The notes under the pieces are model-generated. The model searched no databases. It was not told the origin of the DNA and worked only from the letters and a program-made list of their open reading frames with translations. Below are positions 22,266 to 33,285 of a stretch of DNA of 64,000 bases, piece after piece; the stretch's first letter is position 1, and each line of letters starts with the position of its first letter. This stretch comes from a virus (lineage: Duplodnaviria > Caudoviricetes). The stretch is taken from IMG/VR virus record IMGVR_UViG_2912838376_000002, positions 1-64,000 of that record. One strand, 5' to 3'. The position numbers and the translations under genes are program-made.

Positions 22266-25040
22266 ATGGAGTTATTTGCAGCATTGGCGTCGGGTTCTTA
22301 CCCGACCATGCTTTATACCGTTTATGCAGATGAGACAAGTCGTTCTGCAAATTCAGTTACGTATAGCGTTACAGTTTGGGCTAGGTTAGACAACCAAACT
22401 TACGATTATTTTGGTGCGCTTGTTTATCCTAAGATAACTATAGGTGGAACAACAGCGAGTTTTGCTTCATTAGGTACATTCCCAAAAGGATCAGGAGCTA
22501 AATCAAGTAATATCAGCGTGACTGTATCCGGGATATCACCAACAACATCAAGCTTGTCATATACGTTTTCTTCAACATCCCAGCTTGGTGGAACATCAAG
22601 TAGTACAACAGGTTATGTTGGAGGAAAATCAGGAACAATACCTGTATCTATTTATGCTACGACTCCTTCATTAAGTGGTCCAATTTGGATCAGCGACGGG
22701 TCAACATCAGTTACATCTTACTATAGAGAAAACTTAGGAACAGGAGCTTTCACCTTAAACTGGTCAGGTGCAACTGGAGCCAATGGAACACTTACTTATG
22801 AAATACAGAGGCAGATAAATGGAGGCGCTTGGACAGTAGTAGCTGCTAATAACAACGGAACATTTTCAGATGCTCCTGGAGCAAGTGCCAATTCCGTTCG
22901 TTATTCAATACAAGCAAAGAATACAGTAGGTACCGACGTAATGCGGTCCGGTTGGATCTACTCTCCTACCGTATACAAAAATGAATTAAAACCTCCGTCA
23001 CTATCATCTAGTGCTAGTGTTACTTACAACACAAGAACTTTTGTTGTAACACTTGGAGCCGCTTCTGATAATCTCGGCTCATCAATCAGTTACACCATTA
23101 GTGGGATATCAAGTAAGTACACTACGCTTAATGGACCTAGTGGTGTTTCACCAGGGAATATTACTATTAATGCAAACAATGGTACATCTGGTCTTTATAT
23201 GACACTAGATAATTTGAAAGCTGCAGCATTAAATGGGGCTGCTCATTCAGATTTGAACCTCTATAGAGGAACAATTGATTTACAAGTAACAGCTACAAAT
23301 GGTAAAGGTTCATCTAAAACCGAAACGGTAGCTATTCCACTTGATTTAGGAATAGATGCTCCTGTAAATGGAACTCCTAGTGTGTCTATAGCAGCCACTT
23401 CCTACTACTCAATCAATGCAGTTAACTATATCTTCCCAGAATACAAACCACTTTCACTTTCGATTGCTGGTGCAGTCAAGGACATGCTTGGACGAAATTG
23501 TAGTTACGACATAATAATGGAAGAAGGAGAAGCATTATGGGTTCTTAAAAATACAGGTATTGTTACTGCAGCAACTACAGTAACTCTTAACCACACCGAA
23601 GTTGGTTTATTAACTAGTAAGAAAAATGTTTCTTTCTTTATAGAAGCTAAAACAATAGGTGACGCATCGAAACTTTCTGCAGAAACCCCAAAAGTAGACC
23701 TTCACTATTACAAAAAACCAAGTGTTACTTCAAGTGACTTATCTCGTATCGTTGGTAAAGCAACTTTCAAAGTTAGTATTACGCCTAACACCTCATTAGC
23801 AGGATCTACAAATACCTCAACCATGCCAACTGGTTATACAAAAGGAACGTCAACTATAGTCTCAGGAACAGAGTCATACACGGTAACAAGTAACACAACT
23901 CTTGCTGATTCGTATACTGCGACAATTTCTGTTGTAGTTCGTGATTCGATAGGTTATATATTAAGTGGTTCGAATGACGTTACCCTAAGAGTTACTATTC
24001 CTACATTTACACCGGCATTATCTATCCGTGAAAGAGGGGTAGGTATTAATGGTTTTGCAGGAACAACTGAAAAACTTTATGTTGGTGGTAACGTAAAACT
24101 TACTGGGAACTTAATTGTTGGCGGAATCATTGACATGGGTAATACCAATATCGAAAACGTAAACCATATTACGATCACTGATCCAGGTGGTGGAGAAGGA
24201 CTAGAATGGAAAGACCCTACAAACAACTGGAAGATTGTAGTTGCTCCAGACAACCTTGGAAACGCTACAGGTGATTTACAGTTTGCACGAAATGGTGCAA
24301 GAAGAGCAACGGTAAGAGCAAATGGTGAGGTTGCATCAGTAGGTGGTTTTTCTGCAACTAACCCTGGTAATACTGCAGCATCAATCTCATTAAACTTCCT
24401 TAATAATATCGCAAGACTTCGTACTGGTGGAACAGGTGCTGGCGCAGATAATGGAATGGAAATTCACGGAACAGGTGATGTTGTTAGGTGGAAAGTAGAC
24501 GGTGCTGGTAACGTAACAAACTATGGAAACCTTAATATTGCTGGAGGTAGAGGAATTTACTTCTTAAACGCATCAGGAATGATGATGGATTCATTTGGGA
24601 ACATCAAGGTTAGAGATGCAGCTACACATTCAAACGATGCTTCCTGGAGTGTGAGCGATAAAAATGGTTCTATTCCTTTAATAGTTTGGACTGGTGCGAA
24701 TGGTGGATACACGGAAGCAAAAAGTAGGCCATTTACACAAGTTACAGCATTTACGAATGGTTGGCAGGATTACGGTGCCTTTGGTCCGGTTGCTTATACA
24801 AAAGACGCTGCAGGATTTGTTGTACTGCAAGGATTGTTAAGAGGTAATAGTGGTACTACTGGGTCTGCATTCCAATTACCTGCTGGATTTAGACCAAACA
24901 CAACTCTTATTTTTAATGCTATTAATGGTGTCAATGGTAACTCCCGTCTGGATATAAATGCAGATGGAACCGTTGTAATGCAGGGTGGCGCTCCTGATTT
25001 CTGCTCTCTAAATGGAGTTAGATTCCTAGCTAGACAATAA
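22266..25040 (+). CDS. Ser/Thr/Gly-rich tail fibre protein with Ig/FN3-like domains
   Basis: AGAGGAG RBS before ATG 22266; C-terminal GFVVLQG...AFQLPAGFRP motif typical of fibre tips; a chaperone-like gene follows. Confidence 0.75.
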   Translation: MELFAALASGSYPTMLYTVYADETSRSANSVTYSVTVWARLDNQTYDYFGALVYPKITIGGTTASFASLGTFPKGSGAKSSNISVTVSGISPTTSSLSYTFSSTSQLGGTSSSTTGYVGGKSGTIPVSIYATTPSLSGPIWISDGSTSVTSYYRENLGTGAFTLNWSGATGANGTLTYEIQRQINGGAWTVVAANNNGTFSDAPGASANSVRYSIQAKNTVGTDVMRSGWIYSPTVYKNELKPPSLSSSASVTYNTRTFVVTLGAASDNLGSSISYTISGISSKYTTLNGPSGVSPGNITINANNGTSGLYMTLDNLKAAALNGAAHSDLNLYRGTIDLQVTATNGKGSSKTETVAIPLDLGIDAPVNGTPSVSIAATSYYSINAVNYIFPEYKPLSLSIAGAVKDMLGRNCSYDIIMEEGEALWVLKNTGIVTAATTVTLNHTEVGLLTSKKNVSFFIEAKTIGDASKLSAETPKVDLHYYKKPSVTSSDLSRIVGKATFKVSITPNTSLAGSTNTSTMPTGYTKGTSTIVSGTESYTVTSNTTLADSYTATISVVVRDSIGYILSGSNDVTLRVTIPTFTPALSIRERGVGINGFAGTTEKLYVGGNVKLTGNLIVGGIIDMGNTNIENVNHITITDPGGGEGLEWKDPTNNWKIVVAPDNLGNATGDLQFARNGARRATVRANGEVASVGGFSATNPGNTAASISLNFLNNIARLRTGGTGAGADNGMEIHGTGDVVRWKVDGAGNVTNYGNLNIAGGRGIYFLNASGMMMDSFGNIKVRDAATHSNDASWSVSDKNGSIPLIVWTGANGGYTEAKSRPFTQVTAFTNGWQDYGAFGPVAYTKDAAGFVVLQGLLRGNSGTTGSAFQLPAGFRPNTTLIFNAINGVNGNSRLDINADGTVVMQGGAPDFCSLNGVRFLARQ

Positions 25041-25052
25041 AGGAGGGTTGTT

Positions 25053-25721
25053 ATGGAAAGCTTAGAAAATATTGAAGTCGTAGGTGAAGTAGGGATTATA
25101 GAGGATCCTATTAATAATTTTCAACCTACTCCTATAGACACAGGATTACCATGTTGGGAAGTAGACGAAGCAGGTTATGTGATTGAGCACTATTTAATGT
25201 CTGAGGACCAAATAAAAGAAGCTCTATCTGAAGGGCGAAGAATTCTTAAGTTTTGCTGGAAAGAAAGTTTTTTTAAGCCACGATTCGATGAGAGTTTAAA
25301 CGAGTGGGTCGAAGGTGCCGACATGGAAGTGGTTTTAAAAGACATTAAGGCAGTTAAATTTAATGAATTAAATGATGCATGCAATAAGGATATATCAGGT
25401 TACTTTGATGCTCCTGTCGGTTCAGAAACATATTCATTTTCGTTTGATACAGAAGCACAATCTAATTTTATTGGCAGCCTAGCATTATTTAATGAAGGTC
25501 TTATGACGGAAGTTGAATGGACTGCATGGAAAGGTGATACACCCCATAGAGTTACTTTAAGTAAGGAGCAGTTTCTCAATGTAGCATTTTTAGCATATCG
25601 AGAAAAGGATGCAAAGATATCTAAACTAAGAAATGTACTACAACCAAGAATCGAAGCTTGTACAACTATTGCAGAAGTACAAGCTATTTCTTGGGACGAA
25701 AAACCGATACAACTAGCTTGA
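25053..25721 (+). CDS. Tail fibre assembly chaperone (DUF4376-like)
   Basis: KFNELNDAC...FSFDTEAQSN...IEACTTIAEVQAISW; directly after the fibre gene. Confidence 0.7.
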   Translation: MESLENIEVVGEVGIIEDPINNFQPTPIDTGLPCWEVDEAGYVIEHYLMSEDQIKEALSEGRRILKFCWKESFFKPRFDESLNEWVEGADMEVVLKDIKAVKFNELNDACNKDISGYFDAPVGSETYSFSFDTEAQSNFIGSLALFNEGLMTEVEWTAWKGDTPHRVTLSKEQFLNVAFLAYREKDAKISKLRNVLQPRIEACTTIAEVQAISWDEKPIQLA

Positions 25722-25747
25722 TATTTTAGTAAGTAGTCCTTATGATG

Positions 25748-25782
25748 TGTTCAATAAATAACATGTTCCAAATGTTCAATAG
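25748..25782 (+). promoter_or_regulatory. Ter-like replication terminator site (left), putative RTP-binding site
   Basis: TGTTCA-N8-CATGTTCCAAATGTTCAATAG; core ATGTTCCAAATGTTCA is 15/16 to the B. subtilis TerI B-site ATGTACCAAATGTTCA (from memory); the identical 21-mer occurs inverted at 51627-51647. Confidence 0.75.
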
Positions 25783-25795
25783 GAGGAAAAACAAA

Positions 25796-26017
25796 ATGAA
25801 TCAACAAGGGAATACAACAAATTTAGATGTGAATCTATTAATCAAAGAGTATGAGGATACAATTATTAAGTTAATCAGTGAAAACGTTAAATACAAAACA
25901 CTTCTAAAACAAAAAGCTATCGAAGAACAGCAACGTCAGGAAGAAATGATGCGACACGCAGCACCACCTGCACCACCTGTAGTTGCAACAGAAGAAGTCG
26001 TAGAAGCTGCAGCATAA
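25796..26017 (+). CDS. Small coiled-coil protein
   Basis: AGGAGG RBS (25781-25786) before ATG 25796. Confidence 0.7.
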   Translation: MNQQGNTTNLDVNLLIKEYEDTIIKLISENVKYKTLLKQKAIEEQQRQEEMMRHAAPPAPPVVATEEVVEAAA

Positions 26018-26066
26018 CAATAACGGATTATATATTGACTGGTTATATACGAATGGTTACGTTCAT

Positions 26067-26098
26067 GAGGGAGCAAAAGCTCCCTCTTATTTTATTTT
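26067..26098 (+). terminator. Rho-independent terminator
   Basis: GAGGGAGC-AAAA-GCTCCCTC followed by TTATTTTATTTT. Confidence 0.7.
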
Positions 26099-26114
26099 GG
26101 AGGTGTTTTTCTGT

Positions 26115-26489
26115 ATGACACAGGTACGAATTCGTTCCATTACAAAAGACGAAAAATCCCCCTGGGTTTATATTCAAGAAGAGACCAGACAGGAAACTCC
26201 AAAAGCAAATGTATTCCAAGTAAAAGCCGAACCTGTTATAAGAGAAAACACCAAAACAAATCAATATGGACGTTTTCGTTACAGTGAAATGCAATACGGA
26301 AGAATTGAAGCAATCTTAGCTTCTGCTTTAGAGATAAGTAAATCTCCTATGAGAATAAGAAACCAAAACGGAGAATGGATCTATATTCAACAAACAACCA
26401 TCGATGGTGCTTGTCCTGCTATTCGGGTACGAAACCGAAATAGTGAGCAAGTAGGACCTTGGGTTTATATCCAACATAAGGAGGTGTAG
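26115..26489 (+). CDS. Hypothetical structural-region protein with three W(V/I)YIQ repeats
   Basis: GGAGGTG RBS before ATG 26115; RIR...W.YIQ motif three times. Confidence 0.65.
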   Translation: MTQVRIRSITKDEKSPWVYIQEETRQETPKANVFQVKAEPVIRENTKTNQYGRFRYSEMQYGRIEAILASALEISKSPMRIRNQNGEWIYIQQTTIDGACPAIRVRNRNSEQVGPWVYIQHKEV

Positions 26490-26491
26490 GT

Positions 26492-27227
26492 ATGGAGTAT
26501 TTACATAATTATTTATCGGTTCTACCTAATTACGACGCAGCTATTACAAGAAAATATGGATTTGTTTGATGTAAAGGTCATAACCAAAGAAGAGTTCGAA
26601 GCGCTTATCCAACAACTTGCAAATAGACAAGAGAAGATTACAACTCTTACACCAACTGGTGAAAAAGTCGATGCTGAACATTTTAATCAAATGCATTCGA
26701 ATGTAGGTTTAGATTTGAAGCGACTTTATAACTCTCATCTTATCATCGAAAAAGTAATAGCGAACTACGACAGAATCCTTCGAGGAACATTAGATGATGT
26801 TAAAAGAGAAGTAGACTCACTTTCTACTCGCGTTGAGGAATTAAACCTTAAAGCAAAAGGGGAAGATGGTTTAGTCGTAAAGACTTATGGTTTTGAAGAG
26901 AAAGAAAAGAGCTTGTATATGGAAACAGACCGTGACCAATATGCTCATCTATTCTTAGACCGTGACGGTAGATCTTTACCTAGTGCGTCATTGAATCGAA
27001 GTTTTCATCAACACTATTTATCTCTACCTATTAGAGAAGTAGAGAATGCTCTACAAAACCCAAATGGAGCAACAACTGCAAAGATTGAAGTTGTGTACCA
27101 AGCACCAAATAGCATTTCAGATAGAAACCATCCATTGGAACATGCAATAGATGAATCATTTGAAACGTACTGGGCTCAAGCAGTTAAAACAAACGCACCT
27201 GCTTATACAGAAATAACAAAACTATAG
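26492..27227 (+). CDS. Virion protein, paralogous family member 1; apparent frameshift near 26535
   Basis: The RBS-preceded ATG at 26492 is out of frame with the 26556 ORF; GEKVDAEHFNQM...DLKRLY motif. Confidence 0.6.
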
Positions 27228-27242
27228 AAAGGAGGAAAGTAG

Positions 27243-28190
27243 ATGCCTACTCCCATTTATATTGAACAGCATTATTCATTATCAGTATCTGAATTTGAAG
27301 GACTATGGGAAATGACATTTATGCATCCATACAATCGACAAGAGCATTTTAGTATTTACCTAGTCGCTCCTAATAGTGATTATGAACATGCTGAACTTGA
27401 TGATCGACCGATTGTAGAAGCTGGACCAAGATTAAAAGAAGTATTAAAACGATTACTGTATAAAATCGAATATTATCCTTATTCTTGGGACTTTGCTGGG
27501 AATAAAATTGTTTCCTATGGATATGATTTCGAAACAGATTTCACAGGTACAAGTTTGACCTATATTGACCTAACAGAGATTGCACTTAAAGAAGTAAATG
27601 AATATTACAACTTCTTTTCTGCATTAGAAACAGATGTAGTAGACGAAACAGAAAAGGTCAGTGGAAAAGGTGTTATGGCCAAACTAAAAATCACATTAGA
27701 TAAACCTAAAACAGTAAACCATTTATCCGTTGATTTCTTCACAGAGTATCCAATCGAATTACTGTCATTGATGTATCAAGTTGATCAGAATGAAGAATCT
27801 ACTACTTACGAAATTCCTCTTTCAAAAGCAGTTCAAACAAATGGTTCTATTTATCTTCATTTCTCTCCTGTATTTGCAAAGACATTCTATTTAATAATTA
27901 AACAAGAGTCTTATACATTACTAGACCAATCAAAGACGGAAGAAGAAGTAATGAAAGCAGAGTTATGGAATCAAGCTTCAACGAGAAGCCAAGTTATTTA
28001 TGAATCTGCAGTCGGAGAATATGTAGATCAATTATTCTCATCTCAGTCAGGTATTCAGCTACATCAAGAAATCTTAGATAGCTACAAAAACGTCAACGTA
28101 AGTCATGAAGCTATTTCAGCAGATCCTATGAATCCATACCGTAGTGATTTTGAACGAGCAAAAAAATCTTTAGATAGCCAACAATCATAG
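27243..28190 (+). CDS. Hypothetical virion protein
   Basis: 315-aa ORF with AGGAGG RBS in the structural operon. Confidence 0.7.
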   Translation: MPTPIYIEQHYSLSVSEFEGLWEMTFMHPYNRQEHFSIYLVAPNSDYEHAELDDRPIVEAGPRLKEVLKRLLYKIEYYPYSWDFAGNKIVSYGYDFETDFTGTSLTYIDLTEIALKEVNEYYNFFSALETDVVDETEKVSGKGVMAKLKITLDKPKTVNHLSVDFFTEYPIELLSLMYQVDQNEESTTYEIPLSKAVQTNGSIYLHFSPVFAKTFYLIIKQESYTLLDQSKTEEEVMKAELWNQASTRSQVIYESAVGEYVDQLFSSQSGIQLHQEILDSYKNVNVSHEAISADPMNPYRSDFERAKKSLDSQQS

Positions 28191-28204
28191 AAAGGAGGAT
28201 TTTA

Positions 28205-29419
28205 ATGGTTAACAGTTTTGAAAGTGCAAGCAAACCAAAAACAACTTTAGTACAAAGTCAAAGCGTTGCAAGTAGTACGACACCTGGGCCACTTCCTCCA
28301 ATCGTAGAAGGAGTTGGCTCAAGCAACCGTACAAATAGTTCAACAGAGTATGTGTATCAATATGGGGTAAAGAACCTGCAGTTAAATCATTCACTGTATG
28401 AACAAGCAGGAATTTTCGTTACAAAACCAATTGAAGTAGAAGGGAATATTGTAGAGGTTTCACTATCTACCTTTGAAGACCATCCATTATTTAATGAATT
28501 AGATGGAATGGCAACAGATCGAGTTACTTCTATTGAATACTACATCTCATTAGAGGAGAATCCTTCGCTTAATGATTGGGTTTCAATTCTTCCGGAAGGT
28601 ACAAAGAATGTAAAATGCGAAAAGCTTTTCTTCCGTGGTTCAAGTGCAGAACTTCGATTCCATGCAGATATTAGTGATGAAGATAATACGAAAGTATACC
28701 GCAACAATATCTTAATGAATAGAAGTGATTGGTACTTTACAGAAAGAGGAGCTGCTATTCAGTTAGCTGTACCTCATGATAGTAGTTCAATCTATACAAT
28801 TGATTATGTACCAAACGCAAGCCTATTTGACCCTTGGACAGTTAAGGTAGGAGATCACTTCTCTAAGAGAGTTCGCAAAGTAGAGTCCTTCCCAAATGGA
28901 ACGGATTCTAATAACACGATTAAACTTTCTAAGTATCCATTTGTCGATTACAAACAAGTGAATAATGGAGAGAGCTATGATCCTAATACAAGTGATTACA
29001 GACCAATTGATGTATTCCTAACGAATGGTTCAATTGTAGTAGGAGGCGGAAAGACTCAACCAGAATTCTTCCCGATATCTTACTCAAGCAAAAATCAATT
29101 CACAACAAAGAACCGTACTGATTACAAAACAAGTAAAGATGTGTCTTTAAATAAGTACAGCATTGTTCCGGATTCTATTTACAACACATTTGAATACAAG
29201 CAAGAGAAGAATAAACTGATCTTCACTGAAAGCTTTAATCGTTCGGATCTTTATTACAACGAAGCAACAAATCATGGTAATGCTAAAGTCGTTGTTCACT
29301 ATGATTACCTAGTGACAAACTTCCGACTAAAAGTTATCTTACGTAAAAACGTAGGCGATGAACTAGTGGTAACACCAATGGTTGATAGCTATCAATTAAA
29401 ATTTAAAGTTATGAAATAG
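28205..29419 (+). CDS. Hypothetical virion protein
   Basis: 404 aa; YQYGVKNLQL..SLYEQAGIFVTKP and terminal TP.V..Y.L motifs shared with the C-terminal halves of 29432 and 31217. Confidence 0.7.
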   Translation: MVNSFESASKPKTTLVQSQSVASSTTPGPLPPIVEGVGSSNRTNSSTEYVYQYGVKNLQLNHSLYEQAGIFVTKPIEVEGNIVEVSLSTFEDHPLFNELDGMATDRVTSIEYYISLEENPSLNDWVSILPEGTKNVKCEKLFFRGSSAELRFHADISDEDNTKVYRNNILMNRSDWYFTERGAAIQLAVPHDSSSIYTIDYVPNASLFDPWTVKVGDHFSKRVRKVESFPNGTDSNNTIKLSKYPFVDYKQVNNGESYDPNTSDYRPIDVFLTNGSIVVGGGKTQPEFFPISYSSKNQFTTKNRTDYKTSKDVSLNKYSIVPDSIYNTFEYKQEKNKLIFTESFNRSDLYYNEATNHGNAKVVVHYDYLVTNFRLKVILRKNVGDELVVTPMVDSYQLKFKVMK

Positions 29420-29431
29420 GGAGGTGCAAGA

Positions 29432-31213
29432 ATGAATGCTCCTGTTATTGAATCTAAAATATTAGAGAAACAAAGAGAGTATCTTTTAGAGCAAGCAAAG
29501 CTACGATTAAGTAGTGCTGCTACACAAGAAGAGGTATCTCAATTAGCAGATGAAATCTTTTACAGGTATCAATCTTGCATAGGCAAGCCTTTATTCCAAG
29601 CGCGAAAAGTTGTGTATGGAGAATTACCTTTCCTTGAAGATTATTATGACAACAACAAGGACATGGAAAAAGACCTAGGTATTTTATTCTCAGAATTAAA
29701 TACTATTGCTACTTACCTAGTAGACTACTTCAACTATTCTCAAAGTGAGAAAGACAGAATCTTATCTATCGTTCGTGGTATTAATGGGGTTGTATCAGAT
29801 CTTCAAATGTTAACAGAAGAAACAACACCTAATACGATTTACTTAAAAGAATCGTTTACGAATTATGATAACGTCGATACGGTTTTAACTCCAGTAGAGA
29901 ACCGAAGTATGATCCATACACAAGAAGGGGTATTAACTCTTCGACGTGAAAATGCTTTAAATAGAAGCATCGGAAGTAAAGTCCGAACCATACAAGGTAA
30001 TGGTATTGCAGGTACTTATTATTTAGCCCGTAAAGTTCAATCAGATTCAGAATTCGAAAATTACGAACATATTTCTTCTCAAATTAAAAACGATGACCCA
30101 AAAGCATTAGTTGATGGAAACGTGGATACAGTATTCGAATTCGAAATGGTTAACATTCCAGAAAGCTATAAAAAGCAGGCTTTCTATTATGATGTTGAAT
30201 GGGCAAAAGGGAAAGAACATGACGACTTACTACGTGTAAAGATTGTTGTTCAATTACCTAAGAACGAGACAATCAACTGGATTAATTTAAATCCTTATCA
30301 TGCTGCAGGTAGCCCAGGTACAGTTAATGTGTATTCTATCCGAACATCTAATGACGGTATTGAGTATAAAGGCCTTTTTCAAAATGACCAATTTGTATTG
30401 AATCAAGAAATCAATAAAACACCTCAAAGTTATCGAGCAGAGGATTTATTTGATGGTAGTGAAAACTTTGCTAAAACAAAATTCTCTGGCCAAGGTGTTT
30501 GGAGCTTCCCATCAAGAGAAGCAAAGTACATCGAAATCGTACTAGAGCAACCAAACTCATACAAAGAATTACTAGGGCAAGAAGCTTTCTATAGAAGAAA
30601 AAAAGATTCTACTTCATGGACACGTATTCGAAAACAAGAAGTACCAAGTAATATCATTGATGAAAAATACGGTATTCATACTGTTAACAGCGACTATGAA
30701 ATTAAAAAAGTATTAGAAGCCGTTGAAGGATGGCGTTATGCTATCGGAATTCGAGATATTGATATTATGAGCTTTGAATTCGCTGAAGCAAGTGAGTATA
30801 TCAGTAAGCCGTTTTTACTTGAAGATGGTATTAAGAAAGTACTCCTATATGCCAATGAAAAAGTTCCTGCTATGTATAAAGAGAAAGTAAGTGAGTCTAA
30901 CGACTGGATTCAGTACTTTGTTTCTTTCGATGATATAGACTGGCACAGAGTTTCTCCACAACATCAGCAACCGGTAAACGATAAGTTCCCAGCAAAGATT
31001 CTTTCTATTAACGATAACGAATCTGATATTGAAAATGCGTTTGCTCTTCATAAACAAAACCTTCAGTTAAAAGAACTTCCGAAACAAGTAAGATTAAAAA
31101 TCATTATGAAGCGACCAGACAAAACAACAGAAGATGAGATACCTCTTCTTCATACAACACCGCTTGTTGAAGACTTCGCTTTAAAAATTCTTACAGAACA
31201 GAAAGGGGTGTAG
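29432..31213 (+). CDS. Virion protein, paralogous family member 2
   Basis: 593 aa; GELPFLEDYYDN...DLGILF motif; ALVDGNVDT discoidin-like segment. Confidence 0.7.
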   Translation: MNAPVIESKILEKQREYLLEQAKLRLSSAATQEEVSQLADEIFYRYQSCIGKPLFQARKVVYGELPFLEDYYDNNKDMEKDLGILFSELNTIATYLVDYFNYSQSEKDRILSIVRGINGVVSDLQMLTEETTPNTIYLKESFTNYDNVDTVLTPVENRSMIHTQEGVLTLRRENALNRSIGSKVRTIQGNGIAGTYYLARKVQSDSEFENYEHISSQIKNDDPKALVDGNVDTVFEFEMVNIPESYKKQAFYYDVEWAKGKEHDDLLRVKIVVQLPKNETINWINLNPYHAAGSPGTVNVYSIRTSNDGIEYKGLFQNDQFVLNQEINKTPQSYRAEDLFDGSENFAKTKFSGQGVWSFPSREAKYIEIVLEQPNSYKELLGQEAFYRRKKDSTSWTRIRKQEVPSNIIDEKYGIHTVNSDYEIKKVLEAVEGWRYAIGIRDIDIMSFEFAEASEYISKPFLLEDGIKKVLLYANEKVPAMYKEKVSESNDWIQYFVSFDDIDWHRVSPQHQQPVNDKFPAKILSINDNESDIENAFALHKQNLQLKELPKQVRLKIIMKRPDKTTEDEIPLLHTTPLVEDFALKILTEQKGV

Positions 31214-31216
31214 GAG

Positions 31217-33271
31217 ATGTCTATTAACATTCGTCAAAAACGTTTTACTGTAGCAGTAAACCAAATCCTTCAGGAAGAACTTCGAAAGGGGAATCTTCCT
31301 ACATCCAAGGAGTTCGGTTCGCGTTTAAATAAACTACTAAGAGATCAAGACTTAGGTGCTCCTGAGTATACATTCAAACGTATTCGTAATGGGGAATTAG
31401 CTGAGTCCGATTTCTATAATGAAGTTGTTAGTAAAATTCAAAAAGACTTGATGATTCTTTATGAAAATACAATCGCCGTTCACGATCAGTTAAAGGGAAA
31501 GTTTAATTGGTTTGAGGTAGAAAAGAATCGATTAGAGTATGAGGCTAGAAGGTTAGAAACAGAATTAAAAGAGAAAATCTTACTGTATGGTAAGACGGGT
31601 TACTTAGCGAGTATCTTTGATACATTTGATGACTTATCTAAAATCGAATCAGAAGAGAATGTATCTATTGATATAAAGAACCATCAGATTACACTTAAAA
31701 AACAGGAGAATACTTCATTCTTAATCAATCCTGATAGTGTAATTAAATTCGTTATGCCGAAAAGTTCTGCAAGTACATTCAAAAAGATTCCTATTTCAGG
31801 AAAGATTGAACAAGCTTTGAATGTAAATACAAACGAAACATTCCAAGAGGTATGGCTATCTAAAACAGAGGGACCAGCTGATGGGTATGTAGATATCACA
31901 TTCAACGACAGACAGGTATTAAACCGAATTGATTTAAGTCTACATTCAATTAAGGATGTTACGGTGTATATCGAATTCACGCTAGATGAACTAAACTACT
32001 TCCACTTACCGTACTATCCAGAAGGAAAACAGACGGGCAATAACGTATCATTTTATTTCCCAACAACAGAAATGAAAAGCATGAGAATTTGGATTCGCAA
32101 ACAGGAAAGCGATAAAGAAATTGTTCATCCTGAAGGGTACTCATACCAGTACTTGTTCGGAGTTAAAAAGATTCAATTCTTCCAACTAAGCTATCCGGAA
32201 AGAGGAGAGGTTGTTACAAAATTCCTTACTCCGAATACAGACGAAACATTCTCTATTGGTAAAGTATCATTGGTTACAGAAGAAGAGATTCCCGATGGTA
32301 CAGATATTGAGTACTTTGTACGTGTAGATAATAGGGAAGAGAGTTGGAAACAGATTTCTCCTGTTAATAGAGATACTGCACAAGCTCCTAACCTAATTGA
32401 TTTTAAATACGTTGTACATGCTAGTCCAACAAACTTAGGTATTCCAGAGAATGCTAGTGGCCAAGAATCAGAAATCATTGAACTACAAGCAAACGGAATC
32501 GCATTTTATTCATTAGGTTCAATCGAAAAACGAAAAATCGTTCCGCGAACAGAACGCTTGTATATGGGCAAAGATGCTTGGAGTATGCAAAAGACAGTGG
32601 CGGACTTCGGTGAAACTCATATCCCTTCATTAGACGACTGGAAGCAACCATCAAATGATATTGTCCGTAATGTGATTCCGATTAAGGAAGGGAATCGTGG
32701 ATTGATTCTGCAAGATGAGCAATTCACACAGCATACACAACTGTACTATGGAATGGGTATTTTCTATGAAGGAAAAGAACAAGTACTTCCTACGATTCCA
32801 TCATCTACAGAACCAATTACTATCTTCTTAAATGGAGAGAAATTATTTGAGGGAATCCCTTCTTCTCAAACCAATGTGAACTATAAGTTTAAGCAAGGGT
32901 GGAATGACTTAACCGTGTTGGTATATGTACAGAGTTTAAACAAAGACTGTACGATTGATTTAGGATTTGATCCGATTCGTGTAAGTACACATTGTTATTC
33001 TACAAGTCAGTTCTTAGAGAAGGTATCTGTATTCGACCTTCGATACAACACAAAGAATAATGATTGGTCTAAGTACGCTCTTTACGAGAAAGATGGAAAG
33101 GTCTATATTGTGGTTAATCATTCGTTACCTGGTGTAACATATGACCTTTACTATGACTACGTAGATGAAGTAGAGCATCGAGATATCCAATTAAAAATTG
33201 CTATGAAACAATTCTCAGTAGGACAATATACGACACCTGTATTACGTCGCTACACATTACAATTTAGTTAG
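31217..33271 (+). CDS. Virion protein, paralogous family member 3
   Basis: 684 aa; GELAESDFYNEV...DLMILY motif. Confidence 0.7.
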   Translation: MSINIRQKRFTVAVNQILQEELRKGNLPTSKEFGSRLNKLLRDQDLGAPEYTFKRIRNGELAESDFYNEVVSKIQKDLMILYENTIAVHDQLKGKFNWFEVEKNRLEYEARRLETELKEKILLYGKTGYLASIFDTFDDLSKIESEENVSIDIKNHQITLKKQENTSFLINPDSVIKFVMPKSSASTFKKIPISGKIEQALNVNTNETFQEVWLSKTEGPADGYVDITFNDRQVLNRIDLSLHSIKDVTVYIEFTLDELNYFHLPYYPEGKQTGNNVSFYFPTTEMKSMRIWIRKQESDKEIVHPEGYSYQYLFGVKKIQFFQLSYPERGEVVTKFLTPNTDETFSIGKVSLVTEEEIPDGTDIEYFVRVDNREESWKQISPVNRDTAQAPNLIDFKYVVHASPTNLGIPENASGQESEIIELQANGIAFYSLGSIEKRKIVPRTERLYMGKDAWSMQKTVADFGETHIPSLDDWKQPSNDIVRNVIPIKEGNRGLILQDEQFTQHTQLYYGMGIFYEGKEQVLPTIPSSTEPITIFLNGEKLFEGIPSSQTNVNYKFKQGWNDLTVLVYVQSLNKDCTIDLGFDPIRVSTHCYSTSQFLEKVSVFDLRYNTKNNDWSKYALYEKDGKVYIVVNHSLPGVTYDLYYDYVDEVEHRDIQLKIAMKQFSVGQYTTPVLRRYTLQFS

Positions 33272-33285
33272 GGAGGAGCAACTCT

